Below are positions 7,761-16,564 of a stretch of DNA of 64,000 nt, one piece after another (the stretch's first letter is position 1; each line of letters opens with the position of its first letter). The DNA is from a virus. Location of the stretch: positions 96,001-160,000 of IMG/VR virus record IMGVR_UViG_3300025128_000015; one strand, written 5' to 3'. The notes under the pieces were generated by a model. That model did not search any database. It worked only from the letters and a program-made list of their open reading frames with translations, and had not been told where the DNA came from. The position numbers were made by a program, and so were the translations under genes.

Positions 7761-8015
7761 ATGGCTTTTCTTTTTTTAGACGATAATGAGGCCGAGGGTC
7801 TTTTAGCTGCTGCCCGTGAGGGTCAAGCTGCAAAGCTCGAACTCATTGAAAACATTGAAAAAAACTTAAATTCGCCTTGGGCTAGTGCCGAGTATGGCGT
7901 GACAGATCTTCGTCACTTACAGGCGGATTATGGCCGCACATCGCGATTAATCAACGAAATTGAAAAAAGATCAACTTTTTCCCTTGTCGATGATAAATCC
8001 GTTCCTATGTTCTAG
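7761..8015 (+). CDS. Hypothetical protein (start revised to 7761)
   Basis: SD AGGAG at 7745; MAFLFLDDNE. Confidence 0.6.
   Translation: MAFLFLDDNEAEGLLAAAREGQAAKLELIENIEKNLNSPWASAEYGVTDLRHLQADYGRTSRLINEIEKRSTFSLVDDKSVPMF
7984..8011 (+). promoter_or_regulatory. Early/middle promoter family copy (TTGTCG-N16-TATGTT)
   Basis: CCCTTGTCG...CCGTTCC-TATGTT. Confidence 0.7.
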
Positions 8016-8045
8016 GTGTAACAGGAAACAACACGGAGAAATTTC

Positions 8046-8195
8046 ATGTTCAACTGCATTGAAGACATTAAAAACGCTAGCCGTTCCGAGCTAGTTCAAT
8101 ATCTTGAGTCCTGGGGTACAGCTTGCTATGACGACGAGTCAACTAGTTTACTTCGAGACGCTGCCATTGATACCTTTGAAACGGAGGGATGCTAA
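8046..8195 (+). CDS. 49-aa hypothetical protein (not in the ORF track)
   Basis: SD GGAG; MFNCIEDIKNASRSELVQYLESWG. Confidence 0.65.
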   Translation: MFNCIEDIKNASRSELVQYLESWGTACYDDESTSLLRDAAIDTFETEGC

Positions 8196-8196
8196 G

Positions 8197-8403
8197 ATGT
8201 TAACACCTATCGGTGACGAAAGTGAAGATTTTGAACTCAAAGAGGGTTCAGCCTGGATTACAGTCGGAAACATTAGCGTATACATTCGCAAATCCGATGA
8301 AGGCGTTGCAGTTGATTTATTTCCAGTAGGTGGTGAGGCTCAAGAGAATTCTCTAGCCGGAACGTGGGCCACGTTTGCAGAAGCCGCGCCTGACGCGGTG
8401 TGA
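8197..8403 (+). CDS. Hypothetical protein (start revised to 8197)
   Basis: SD GGAGG; MLTPIGDESEDFEL. Confidence 0.65.
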   Translation: MLTPIGDESEDFELKEGSAWITVGNISVYIRKSDEGVAVDLFPVGGEAQENSLAGTWATFAEAAPDAV

Positions 8404-8477
8404 TGTGGTCGTCGCCGCTTATCTTATTGGTTACGCTACCGTCGTCATAGGCGGCGCGTACCTTTTAGCTCGATACT

Positions 8478-8702
8478 TTGACGGAGGTCCAAGTGACTGA
8501 TATTGTTATTAAAAATGTTGATGTTCCCATGTTACGAGAACAGCGTGATGCTGTCCTTAACGTCTTGGATGACATCGACGATATAAAGTCATTCGCTCCT
8601 GACTTTTTTTGCCGCTTGATGACACCGCGCATTGAACGCTTGGAAGGTCTTACCAACCTTCTCGATTCGATGTTAGATAACGCGGAGGGCTTCGGTGATT
8701 GA
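8478..8702 (+). CDS. Hypothetical protein (start probably GTG 8493)
   Basis: SD GGAGG before GTG; helical acidic protein. Confidence 0.6.
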   Translation: MTEVQVTDIVIKNVDVPMLREQRDAVLNVLDDIDDIKSFAPDFFCRLMTPRIERLEGLTNLLDSMLDNAEGFGD

Positions 8703-8833
8703 CATAACGGTTATTGTTTGGCTCGGGCTAACCTTCGGTATTCATTGGGTTTTTGAGAGGCGGCAGAAAAAAGGTAATTATTACCTTTAGTTAGAAAAAA
8801 AGCCGTTCCGAGAATTTTTTTTCATTTTACCCC

Positions 8834-8861
8834 TTGAAAAGTCAAAATCCGTTCTTATATT
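8834..8861 (+). promoter_or_regulatory. Early/middle promoter family copy (TTGAAA-N16-TATATT)
   Basis: T-tract then CATTTTACCCCTTGAAA...CCGTTCT-TATATT. Confidence 0.7.
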
Positions 8862-8895
8862 TAAGGGGTAAGAGACAAACAAAGGAAAAAAAGAC

Positions 8896-9090
8896 ATGAC
8901 GAAAGTTCAAGCCATTCAAGAGTTCAAAAATTACCACCTTCCAAGCGTCAAAGAGCAATACGAGCAGGACGGAAAAAAAGATAGTGGTGCTCGTAGTCAA
9001 GCATGGCATTGGTTCACCGATAGTCTTTGCAAAGGTGGTAACATTACCGAGTCCCAGTATATGCGATGGACAACCCCTAACTTTTGCTAA
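8896..9090 (+). CDS. Hypothetical phage protein
   Basis: SD AAGGA; AW..FTDSLCK.G.ITE.QY..W pattern. Confidence 0.75.
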   Translation: MTKVQAIQEFKNYHLPSVKEQYEQDGKKDSGARSQAWHWFTDSLCKGGNITESQYMRWTTPNFC

Positions 9091-9118
9091 AAAAAGATTA
9101 TTTTTTTCATTTTACCCC

Positions 9119-9146
9119 TTGTCTAGGCGAATTTGGTGCTTATTTT
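9119..9146 (+). promoter_or_regulatory. Early/middle promoter family copy (TTGTCT-N16-TATTTT)
   Basis: Shares TTTTTTTCATTTTACCCCTTG with the 8834 copy. Confidence 0.7.
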
Positions 9147-9267
9147 ATAGGTGTAACAAGAAACCCTAAACCCTAAGAGGTTCATAATGCTTGTTGAAGG
9201 TATTATCGTTTTAAGTATTCAGTTAATTCTTAGCCTAGCTACTTGGCAGTTTCTTGCGAGGTCATAA

Positions 9268-9486
9268 ATGAAAACAGGCGACTTAGTAAAATTAAAGCAA
9301 CCGACGACGAGAGACTTCAAAGAGGTCTTTCTAATTGTCGACACCTTGCAACTCGGTCCAGGCGCTCGCGCTACTTATGGCGAGGAAGGGTCTAATTGGT
9401 TAAAGTTGGAAGGTCGAGAAGGTTGGTATACTAGCGGATGGACACGATCCGCAGATTACGAGGTAGTAAGTGAAAGTGGGCGATAA
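9268..9486 (+). CDS. MKVGD-like protein (MKTGDLVKL)
   Basis: Ends EVVSESGR*, overlapping the next GTG AAA GTG GGC GAT. Confidence 0.75.
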   Translation: MKTGDLVKLKQPTTRDFKEVFLIVDTLQLGPGARATYGEEGSNWLKLEGREGWYTSGWTRSADYEVVSESGR

Positions 9487-9727
9487 GGTAAAACTAGTAG
9501 GCAAGACAAAGCACGGCAAGAATCGTGTACGTGAGCAAGGCCATGATTGGGTCGTTGTAAAGACATCCAACAATTTAGCGTTTGCCGATAACCGCGAACA
9601 AGAGTTCGCACTTTTACGCGCCAAAGAACGGCCTCATGAGCATTGGCGATGGGTCGCCGTACAAAATGATAAGAACTTTCTCGTTGAGGTATTAACCAAT
9701 GATAATGAGAGGTTAGAAGGTGCGTAA
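9470..9727 (+). CDS. MKVGD-family protein (MKVGDKVKL)
   Basis: Same junction logic as the 4.4-5.6 kb array. Confidence 0.75.
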   Translation: MKVGDKVKLVGKTKHGKNRVREQGHDWVVVKTSNNLAFADNREQEFALLRAKERPHEHWRWVAVQNDKNFLVEVLTNDNERLEGA

Positions 9728-9799
9728 AACATTTCGCATATGCCTATATAGGGCGAAAAAGTGCGTAATTTACTTCCCAAGTGCGTAAAAAGTTTCGCA
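9721..9799. promoter_or_regulatory. Three palindromic TGCG-N10-CGCA sites (putative enhancer/UAS)
   Basis: 9721-9738, 9762-9779 (CCCA, 1 mismatch), 9782-9799; inner A-tract/T-tract symmetry. Confidence 0.65.
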
Positions 9800-9844
9800 C
9801 CTAATAGGCTAAAATCGACTATTAGTCGAGGGTCTAAAGTGTCC

Positions 9845-9857
9845 TAAGTCATTGAAT
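9845..9857 (-). promoter_or_regulatory. IHF-like binding site
   Basis: Reverse strand ATTCAATGACTTA vs WATCAANNNNTTR (1 mismatch), lying between the UAS and the -24/-12 box. Confidence 0.5.
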
Positions 9858-9895
9858 TCACTAAAGAATCAAAATAAATGCCCAAAATGGCAAAG

Positions 9896-9912
9896 TTGGC
9901 ACAGGACTTGCA
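9896..9912 (+). promoter_or_regulatory. sigma54 (-24/-12) promoter
   Basis: TTGGCAC-AGGAC-TTGCA matches TGGCAC-N5-TTGCW. Confidence 0.75.
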
Positions 9913-9989
9913 ATATATATAGGTATGAATTCACACTTTGTCGACAGTATAGAAAATCAAAAGAAAGTGAAAAATAATACTTTTACCCC

Positions 9990-10017
9990 TTGTCTGGCCA
10001 ATTCTGGTGCTTACATT
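9990..10017 (+). promoter_or_regulatory. Early/middle promoter family copy (TTGTCT-N16-TACATT) upstream of the sigma gene
   Basis: TTTTACCCCTTGTCT...GGTGCT-TACATT. Confidence 0.7.
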
Positions 10018-10059
10018 ATAGGGGTAAGAGGAAACACTAAAAGCTCAGGAGCTTCAAAT

Positions 10060-10884
10060 ATGCTTAACTCAATCGCAATCTTAGCCGCAACCGTTCAAAT
10101 CCTTAGCCGCGACGAGCAAATCAGTCACGTTGCTGCTTTTCAGAAGACCGGCGATAACCGCGCCATGGATGCACTTATCCGCTCCAATATCCCGCTTGCT
10201 ATCAAGATTGCAAAAAAGCACATCCGCAACGGTGTCGATATCGATGATTTATTGATGGAAGCGATCACCGGCATTATGCGAGCAGCAGAATCTTTTGATT
10301 CTACTTGTGGCGCTTCTTTCACTACATACGCACGTCAATGGATGACGGCAAATTGTCAGCAGTTCGTTCAAGAAAATTGTGGAACGATTCGAGTCGGCTC
10401 CCGTGTCGCTCGCAAGTTGTACGCTTCGCTTCCTCGCTTGCGTCGACAATTCGGCCATGATGTCGACGTCGACACGATTGCACGAGAGCTTGACCTTGAT
10501 GCTAGCGCTGTTGAAGCCGCGCTTCAATTACTTGGCAAACGAGCCGCTAGCTTAAACGCTCCGCTAAATGCCGAGGGTGCAACTGTTGCAAATATTGTAG
10601 CAGATAACAAGATTCTAGCAGAAGAGAAAGTTATACGTTCTGAGAGTAGCCGGAATATTGCCGAGGTTGTAAATATTTTTAAGCAAACGATTAAGAATGA
10701 TCGCGACACTAAAATATTTACACACCGTATTGCTTCCGATTTATTCGAGAACGATAAGATGACAACCGTACAACTTGCTTCTGAATTCAATGTATCTAAG
10801 CAGCGTATTGCTCAGATTGAGAAAGGTATGACTCAGAAGCTACGCAAAGCACTCCAAACGTGTGCAGTAGCAGCCGTAAACTAG
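10060..10884 (+). CDS. RNA polymerase sigma70-family factor, RpoH/sigma32-like (start revised from 9925 to 10060)
   Basis: Region 2 SNIPLAIKIAKK...DDLLMEAITGIMRAAESFD...SFTTYARQW; RpoH-box-like ARKLYASL; region 3 SLNAPL; region 4 HTH QLASEFNVSKQRIAQIE; SD CAGGAG. Confidence 0.9.
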   Translation: MLNSIAILAATVQILSRDEQISHVAAFQKTGDNRAMDALIRSNIPLAIKIAKKHIRNGVDIDDLLMEAITGIMRAAESFDSTCGASFTTYARQWMTANCQQFVQENCGTIRVGSRVARKLYASLPRLRRQFGHDVDVDTIARELDLDASAVEAALQLLGKRAASLNAPLNAEGATVANIVADNKILAEEKVIRSESSRNIAEVVNIFKQTIKNDRDTKIFTHRIASDLFENDKMTTVQLASEFNVSKQRIAQIEKGMTQKLRKALQTCAVAAVN

Positions 10885-11190
10885 GTTTACATAGTGTTCT
10901 ACCCAGGACATAGCTTTATAAGGTATTGAAAACATTAAGAATTGCTTAGGGTGACTATATTACGTGGTAATTAGTTTTTGCCTATGAATTCAATAGGATA
11001 GGAGAAAGAGAGAAATGCATTAGGAAATGAGAGATTAATCTAGTGTGTACACTAACTATACGTCAACTTACTTTACATGTGTAATTATTCACCACTATGA
11101 CGTAACGCTTCACACACGGCGTTATATTGCACATGTAAAGCTACTATACAGGCAAGTGTTAACTTGCTATACACTTAAAGGAGAAGCTAA

Positions 11191-11331
11191 GTGTCTGATA
11201 TCATGTACATTATTTTTATGGTGTTTTGCCTACTGTTTGGCGGCGCCATTGGCTACTTAATTGGCCTTGAAGCCTGGATTGTCAAACAAGGCAAAATTAA
11301 AAAGGCTAAGGATATCAAGGACTTAATTTAA
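11191..11331 (+). CDS. Small membrane protein (46 aa; not in the ORF track)
   Basis: SD AAGGAG, GTG start, MSDIMYIIFMVFCLLFGGAIGYLIGL... Confidence 0.55.
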   Translation: MSDIMYIIFMVFCLLFGGAIGYLIGLEAWIVKQGKIKKAKDIKDLI

Positions 11332-11356
11332 GTTTTCCTTAGTAGGAGAAGAGAAT

Positions 11357-11596
11357 ATGGGCGAGGTTATAGACTTCACAGAACATTACATGCATAAGCT
11401 AATAGAAAAGTACGCAAAAGATAATGACCAGCAAATGGCCTGGGCTCTTAGCGAGACGCTAGACAAGTATATCATGGGCGAGATAGGCATACTATTGATT
11501 GAAGGCGTACCTGTGCCTTATATTGAGAAGGCTATACCGGCCGAGACTGTAAAGAAGGTAGACAGTCCAGAAAATAAGGAGGAAGGTGACAATTAA
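11357..11596 (+). CDS. Hypothetical protein
   Basis: SD AGGAG. Confidence 0.7.
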   Translation: MGEVIDFTEHYMHKLIEKYAKDNDQQMAWALSETLDKYIMGEIGILLIEGVPVPYIEKAIPAETVKKVDSPENKEEGDN

Positions 11597-11828
11597 CTAT
11601 ACATAAGTGTGAATATATGCTACAATCATAAAACATGTGTATTTTTTACACATAGCTTAAAAACGTAAAGCAGCTATACAGTACCCCCCCTCCCCTGGGA
11701 CCGGAATCTATGCATAGTAAGTATACGGTATATGGCTGGGCTAGATACGTGCACGACACACACAGAAAAATTCCAGATTTTTGCAATGGTTAAGCCTAAT
11801 TACTATATCGCCCAGAGGACATAGCTAT

Positions 11829-13271
11829 ATGAAAATCACAAAGTTGCAAATCAAAAAAATAATCCAGGAAGAAATTGAGAATGTTTTAGAAGAACGCAGT
11901 GAGTTCTACGACGGAACCTCCTGGCACTCGTCTCCTGGCACAGCAAAAGAGAAAAGAGATGCTTATATACATAGAATGAAAGCTAAGAGAGCTAAGATTA
12001 CGCCAGGCAGTCCTGCATACAATCCGGCCGCGCCGGTCAGCGATCCTGGATTCAAAAAGAGAGATGAGTACGTACGCAGTATGAAAGCTAAGAGAAGCTT
12101 CCCATTCCGGAAAGCGGATTTTTTGAGTCAGGTAAGGCAACAATCACTCCCCGTCGACGCAGCCTGGACCCCGACTCCGGACCATACACGGCGAGCGCGT
12201 TATGACTGGGATAATGAGAGCGGTGTGACAATGTACGAGCGCCCGTTTCCCGGAGAGTTCCCGACAAAACAGTATAGTGGGACACTTGATGAAGGCGAAT
12301 TAGATGAAAAACGTGCCGGCGGTGATGGCGGCTTCATCGTGATGGATCTTGACGACCCGGATTATGATTTTTTGGCAGACAAAAGCAACATATATCGCGG
12401 CCGGAGCGAGAAGGATAATATCAGGAAATTTCCTGGTATTATCGACGGCGGTGGGGCTCTAGGTATTGTACGGGATCCGGATTCTAAATCAGGATATACC
12501 GTTCTTGTCGACGTCGAGGCTATGCGGGACGGTAAGGGAATTACAAAGCCATATCTCATGGATAACTACAAAGAAGTTTTTAGAGACAAGTCCCATCCAA
12601 AGCATGAATTAGTTAAACAGCAATTAGCCGCTAGAAGAGGCTATAATGCATTAATGAAACAACCGCGGGTGAAACGTTTCATTAAGCAAAAAGGCGATCC
12701 ATATGGACAAGCTAATAGAAAGGCTGCAGATCCTAGTACTAAACCAAAATTACCAAAAAATTGGAAAAGTTTAAGTCCGTCGGATCCGCGAAGGGTTGCG
12801 TATAGAGATTGGAAAAAAGGAAAGACGCCAGCACCAACCGGCGATGCGGCTAGAGCGAAACGCAAAGAATTTCTAGCAACAGCAACGCCAGGGCAATTAG
12901 GCAAAGATAATGAGGCGCGTTTGGCGCTTGGCTTACCTTTGCCGGCAGAAACTCAAAGCAAAATAGCAGCTATCGGAAAAGATGTTGATAGACTCTCAAA
13001 ATCAACCGCGCAATCTAATCTTGGAGGGTTAGAAGGGAACTTTGCTGTTGAGCAGCCGGCTCGCGTTGCAACTAGCAAAAAAAGCATAGCTAAAAAAACA
13101 GCCAAAGCAAAACCGCCTAAAAGGCTTGGTACGGTACCAAGTACACCTGGAATGCTTACAAAAGGCATGCAATATAAGCTAAGAGAAGAAAAATCACGTA
13201 TTAGGAAGTTAATTGAAGAAGTATACGATGAAGTCTTGGCCGAAGAAGGTTGGTTTGAGCCACATATTTGA
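11829..13271 (+). CDS. Tagged basic modular protein (putative virion-internal); start revised to 11829
   Basis: MKITKLQIKKIIQEE tag; SD GAGGA; internal KRDxYxxxMKAKR repeat. Confidence 0.75.
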   Translation: MKITKLQIKKIIQEEIENVLEERSEFYDGTSWHSSPGTAKEKRDAYIHRMKAKRAKITPGSPAYNPAAPVSDPGFKKRDEYVRSMKAKRSFPFRKADFLSQVRQQSLPVDAAWTPTPDHTRRARYDWDNESGVTMYERPFPGEFPTKQYSGTLDEGELDEKRAGGDGGFIVMDLDDPDYDFLADKSNIYRGRSEKDNIRKFPGIIDGGGALGIVRDPDSKSGYTVLVDVEAMRDGKGITKPYLMDNYKEVFRDKSHPKHELVKQQLAARRGYNALMKQPRVKRFIKQKGDPYGQANRKAADPSTKPKLPKNWKSLSPSDPRRVAYRDWKKGKTPAPTGDAARAKRKEFLATATPGQLGKDNEARLALGLPLPAETQSKIAAIGKDVDRLSKSTAQSNLGGLEGNFAVEQPARVATSKKSIAKKTAKAKPPKRLGTVPSTPGMLTKGMQYKLREEKSRIRKLIEEVYDEVLAEEGWFEPHI

Positions 13272-13459
13272 CCTGATGAGCTTGACTGGCCCGGTGGGTC
13301 AAAGATTATTTCGCAACTTAAACGCAAGAAGAAAGCGAATAAACGAAAAGCTAAGAGGTAAACGTGAGGGTAGAAAAAATCTCGGGAAAAAAATCGCGGA
13401 TTTTTGGCGGGGTTCTCTTGTCTAAGCAACTAATTATTCTATGAAAAGGACGAAACCGC

Positions 13460-14887
13460 ATGAAAATTACCAAACAAAAACTTGAAAGTCTTATTTTAGA
13501 AGAAATCAAATCTCTCCAAGAAGGGTCTCCATTCCAAGAAAAAGCCAAGGAAGCGCAGAAGGAATTCCAAGACTCGCGTCCATGGACGGTAAGTGTGTTA
13601 GCTAGCTTTCCGAAAACTAATCGTTTGGACAATAACGTGCCAAACACACTCCGTGACTTTATAAGCTCCTCTGGTGCAGCTGTTGTTCACGAAGATTATA
13701 GAAGTGAGTGGATAAAAAGAGGTCATAGGGTTTATGACCTCGATTATATCAAAAATGGAGGACTCCAAGGAAGTAGAGGTCCTCTAATTTTAAAAATTAT
13801 TGAGGATGCTTTCAGCTTTCCGTTGCAACCTTATGTCGACGGCGAGGGTCGTGAAACTCCTCGCGAAAATGCGCTGGAGAGTGATCCTTTGGTATCTCGA
13901 CCACAATTTGCTAAGGATCCTGATGGGAGACGCTATATTACTTTTACCACCAAAAGTGGGTCATGGGTCGTTATAGATACTCCTCCAAGAGATACACCGT
14001 CTCAGGATCCTCAGCCAGGAATTACAATCGGACCAGCTCCTGCAGGACAAGGATTGGCAGAAAATAAAATGAAGCTCACAAAACAACAGCTTAAACAGAT
14101 CATTAAAGAAGAGATTGAATCACTTCTAGAGCAAGAACAAGATTCTGTAGAAAGTATGATCTATAGATTTATGGAAAGTGGAGCAAATATCTCTGATGAT
14201 AAATATGAGACAGATAAGTGGAGTGATTTTCATGATCCAATCGATCCTCGTACCGCCTCAATTGAGAGAGATGGTAAACAAATCGCACCTATCATTAATG
14301 ACGCTTTTGATACTAAAGAAATTAATCGAGATAGAAACGATAAACCAGGGAGATTAACAGGGCGAGCATCCCTGCAAGAAACAGAGGATGGAATGCCTTA
14401 TATACCTTTCTTTGTTAAAGGAAATCCGGGTGTGCCTGATATGTTATATCGCGTTGTCAACAATCCTAATGGTGGAATCATAATTGAGCCGGCTCCTGAA
14501 AGAATGAATTATAATGAAGCTCTCGAACAAATCATCAAAGAAGAGATTGAAGGTCTCTTAGATGAGATTGACCTTGATGAAAAGCGTAAAAAAAAACGTA
14601 AAGGCAAAATGCCTAAAAAATTCTCTGTTAAAAGCGGCGATAAATCAAAGTCTGGTGGATTGACGTCAAAAGGTGTTAAGCGTTATAGAAGAGCTAATCC
14701 TGGCTCTAAATTAAAGACGGCCGTTACCAAGAATCCTAAAAAGCTTAAAAAAGGTGGTAAGGCTGCAAAGAGAAGATTATCTTTCTGCAGAAGAATGCGT
14801 GGCATGAAAAAGAAATTGACAAGCAAGAAGACTGCAAGAGATCCGGATAGCAGAATTAATAAAGCTTTAAGAAAGTGGAATTGCTAA
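13460..14887 (+). CDS. Tagged modular protein with a second internal tag (MKLTKQQLKQIIKEE at 14069) and a very basic C-terminal domain
   Basis: Tags, LQE/LAE/LDE module boundaries, K/R-rich SGGLTSKG...RKWNC domain. Confidence 0.8.
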   Translation: MKITKQKLESLILEEIKSLQEGSPFQEKAKEAQKEFQDSRPWTVSVLASFPKTNRLDNNVPNTLRDFISSSGAAVVHEDYRSEWIKRGHRVYDLDYIKNGGLQGSRGPLILKIIEDAFSFPLQPYVDGEGRETPRENALESDPLVSRPQFAKDPDGRRYITFTTKSGSWVVIDTPPRDTPSQDPQPGITIGPAPAGQGLAENKMKLTKQQLKQIIKEEIESLLEQEQDSVESMIYRFMESGANISDDKYETDKWSDFHDPIDPRTASIERDGKQIAPIINDAFDTKEINRDRNDKPGRLTGRASLQETEDGMPYIPFFVKGNPGVPDMLYRVVNNPNGGIIIEPAPERMNYNEALEQIIKEEIEGLLDEIDLDEKRKKKRKGKMPKKFSVKSGDKSKSGGLTSKGVKRYRRANPGSKLKTAVTKNPKKLKKGGKAAKRRLSFCRRMRGMKKKLTSKKTARDPDSRINKALRKWNC

Positions 14888-14888
14888 T

Positions 14889-15143
14889 ATGAACATTACA
14901 AAAAAACAAATCAAACAAATTATTAGAGAAGAATTGCAAAACATTCTCGATGAAGACGGACATGAAGATGTGCCTTCAGCTAGAAGAGCAATGCAAACAA
15001 TTATTGAAGATGCTGGAGAGATGCTAGAGGCGCTAGATCAAATGGAAGGCAATCTTCCAACTTGGTGGACAAATAAAATGGCCGTTGCAGCTTCTATGCT
15101 TAATAAAATGAGAGATTATCTTTTGATAGACTCAGAGGAATAA
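14889..15143 (+). CDS. Tagged small protein
   Basis: MNITKKQIKQIIREE. Confidence 0.8.
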   Translation: MNITKKQIKQIIREELQNILDEDGHEDVPSARRAMQTIIEDAGEMLEALDQMEGNLPTWWTNKMAVAASMLNKMRDYLLIDSEE

Positions 15144-15146
15144 AAG

Positions 15147-15512
15147 ATGAAATTATTATTTGAAAATTGGAGAAAATTTATTAATGAATCCGCATTTAGT
15201 GGAAACGGACCTTTATCTGAACCTATTGAGGAAATTGGAGGATTAAGATTCAACGACAGAGCACCGTTCGGACAAGAGCGTGATCCTACGGGACCTAGCG
15301 CTTCTGTAGCCAGAGGGCTTGAAGCTCCAGTTCCTGCAGAGATTGCAGATGAGATGGAAAACGTGCACAAAGAAAATCCGAAAATGGATATCGATAGCAT
15401 CCTTGATGCAGTCGATAAAAAGTTCCCAAAATTTGATTTATTCGCGTATTATAATCATGATCTTGTCGACGAAGCTATTGAATTATTTAAAAAGGAAAGG
15501 ATGACTAAATAA
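15147..15512 (+). CDS. Tagged protein (class B tag)
   Basis: MKLLFENWRKFINE. Confidence 0.8.
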   Translation: MKLLFENWRKFINESAFSGNGPLSEPIEEIGGLRFNDRAPFGQERDPTGPSASVARGLEAPVPAEIADEMENVHKENPKMDIDSILDAVDKKFPKFDLFAYYNHDLVDEAIELFKKERMTK

Positions 15513-16513
15513 TGAAACTTTTGCTTGAAAATTGGAAAAAATATATTAATGAAGGTGTTATGGATGATAAGCCTTATCGTACCGATGCTCAAGCAAAAAA
15601 AGAGTTAGAAAATAATATTTACACTGAAGAAGCTTCAAAAGACAGTATCGAAAAGACTGTCAAAGACGTTTTAAAGGATGAAGGTGGCGCATCAGGACTA
15701 GATCCTATTAAAAAAGCTGTTGAAGATCTAGATTTACCAGACAATTTTGACTTAAAAGACTTCCTTAAAGGTTTAAGAGGTGTCGGACAACACGAAGATG
15801 GTGATTATATCCTTGAAGATGGCGAAGAAATCGATGTTAGAGAAGGAATTGAAATATTTTTGGAAGCTCAAGACGATGTTTTAGAAGAAAAACGTCGTTC
15901 AAAACGCGGAAAAGGCAGAAAAAAGAAAAAAAAGAAGAAGAAAAAGAAAAAAGACGCATGTTATCACAAGGTTAGAGCACGATATGATGTCTGGCCATCT
16001 GCATATGCCTCTGGTGCTCTCGTAAAGTGTCGCAAAGTCGGTGCAGCAAATTGGGGCAACAAAAGCAAAAAGAACGAATCCGTCGATTTAGAAGCTATTA
16101 TTAGAGAAGAAGTTGAAAGTTATTTAGATGAATGTTGGAGTACTCATGAGCGCGTGCCTGGTACGATAAAAGGCACTAAAGGATCTTGTCGTCCTAAAAG
16201 CGAAGGGGTTAAAGCCGGCTTAGAAGAGAAAAAAAGAAAAAAGCGTAAGCTAACGTCTAAACCTAGCTCTGAAACGAGTCTTCGTGACTGGTTTGGCCGT
16301 AAAGGCGCAAAAGGAAAGAAAGGTGGCTGGGTTGATTGCAATACTTGTAAGACTGTTCGCACAAAATCCGGCAAGAAACGCAAGAGCTGCAAGGCTTGTG
16401 GGCGTTCTGGGAGCGAAAAGAGGTCAAAGTACCCGTCTTGTCGTCCAACGCCGTCAGCGTGCGGGAAACGCGGCCGCTGGGGAAAGAAAGCTAAAGCAGG
16501 AAAGAAAGGATAA
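15512..16513 (+). CDS. Tagged modular protein with basic Cys-containing domains
   Basis: MKLLLENWKKYINE; DACYHKV...VWPSAYASGALVKCR; LRDWFG...GGWVDC; poly-K tract. Confidence 0.8.
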   Translation: MKLLLENWKKYINEGVMDDKPYRTDAQAKKELENNIYTEEASKDSIEKTVKDVLKDEGGASGLDPIKKAVEDLDLPDNFDLKDFLKGLRGVGQHEDGDYILEDGEEIDVREGIEIFLEAQDDVLEEKRRSKRGKGRKKKKKKKKKKKDACYHKVRARYDVWPSAYASGALVKCRKVGAANWGNKSKKNESVDLEAIIREEVESYLDECWSTHERVPGTIKGTKGSCRPKSEGVKAGLEEKKRKKRKLTSKPSSETSLRDWFGRKGAKGKKGGWVDCNTCKTVRTKSGKKRKSCKACGRSGSEKRSKYPSCRPTPSACGKRGRWGKKAKAGKKG

Positions 16514-16564
16514 TATGAGTGTAGAAATATTACACACTATTTATTATATAAGGAAATTATCACA

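Noticed and set aside
9925-10059. N-terminal extension of the sigma factor given by the ORF track
   Set aside because: It runs over the 9990 promoter, has no SD, and a strong SD precedes ATG 10060
13272-13320. Hammerhead core CTGATGAG followed by a stem
   Set aside because: No GAAA after the stem and no NUH/stem III
13269-13370. UGA readthrough or recoding extending the 11829 protein (PDELDWPGG...KAKR)
   Set aside because: TGA, TAG and TAA all act as ordinary stops elsewhere, so no alternative code; no recoding signal recognised
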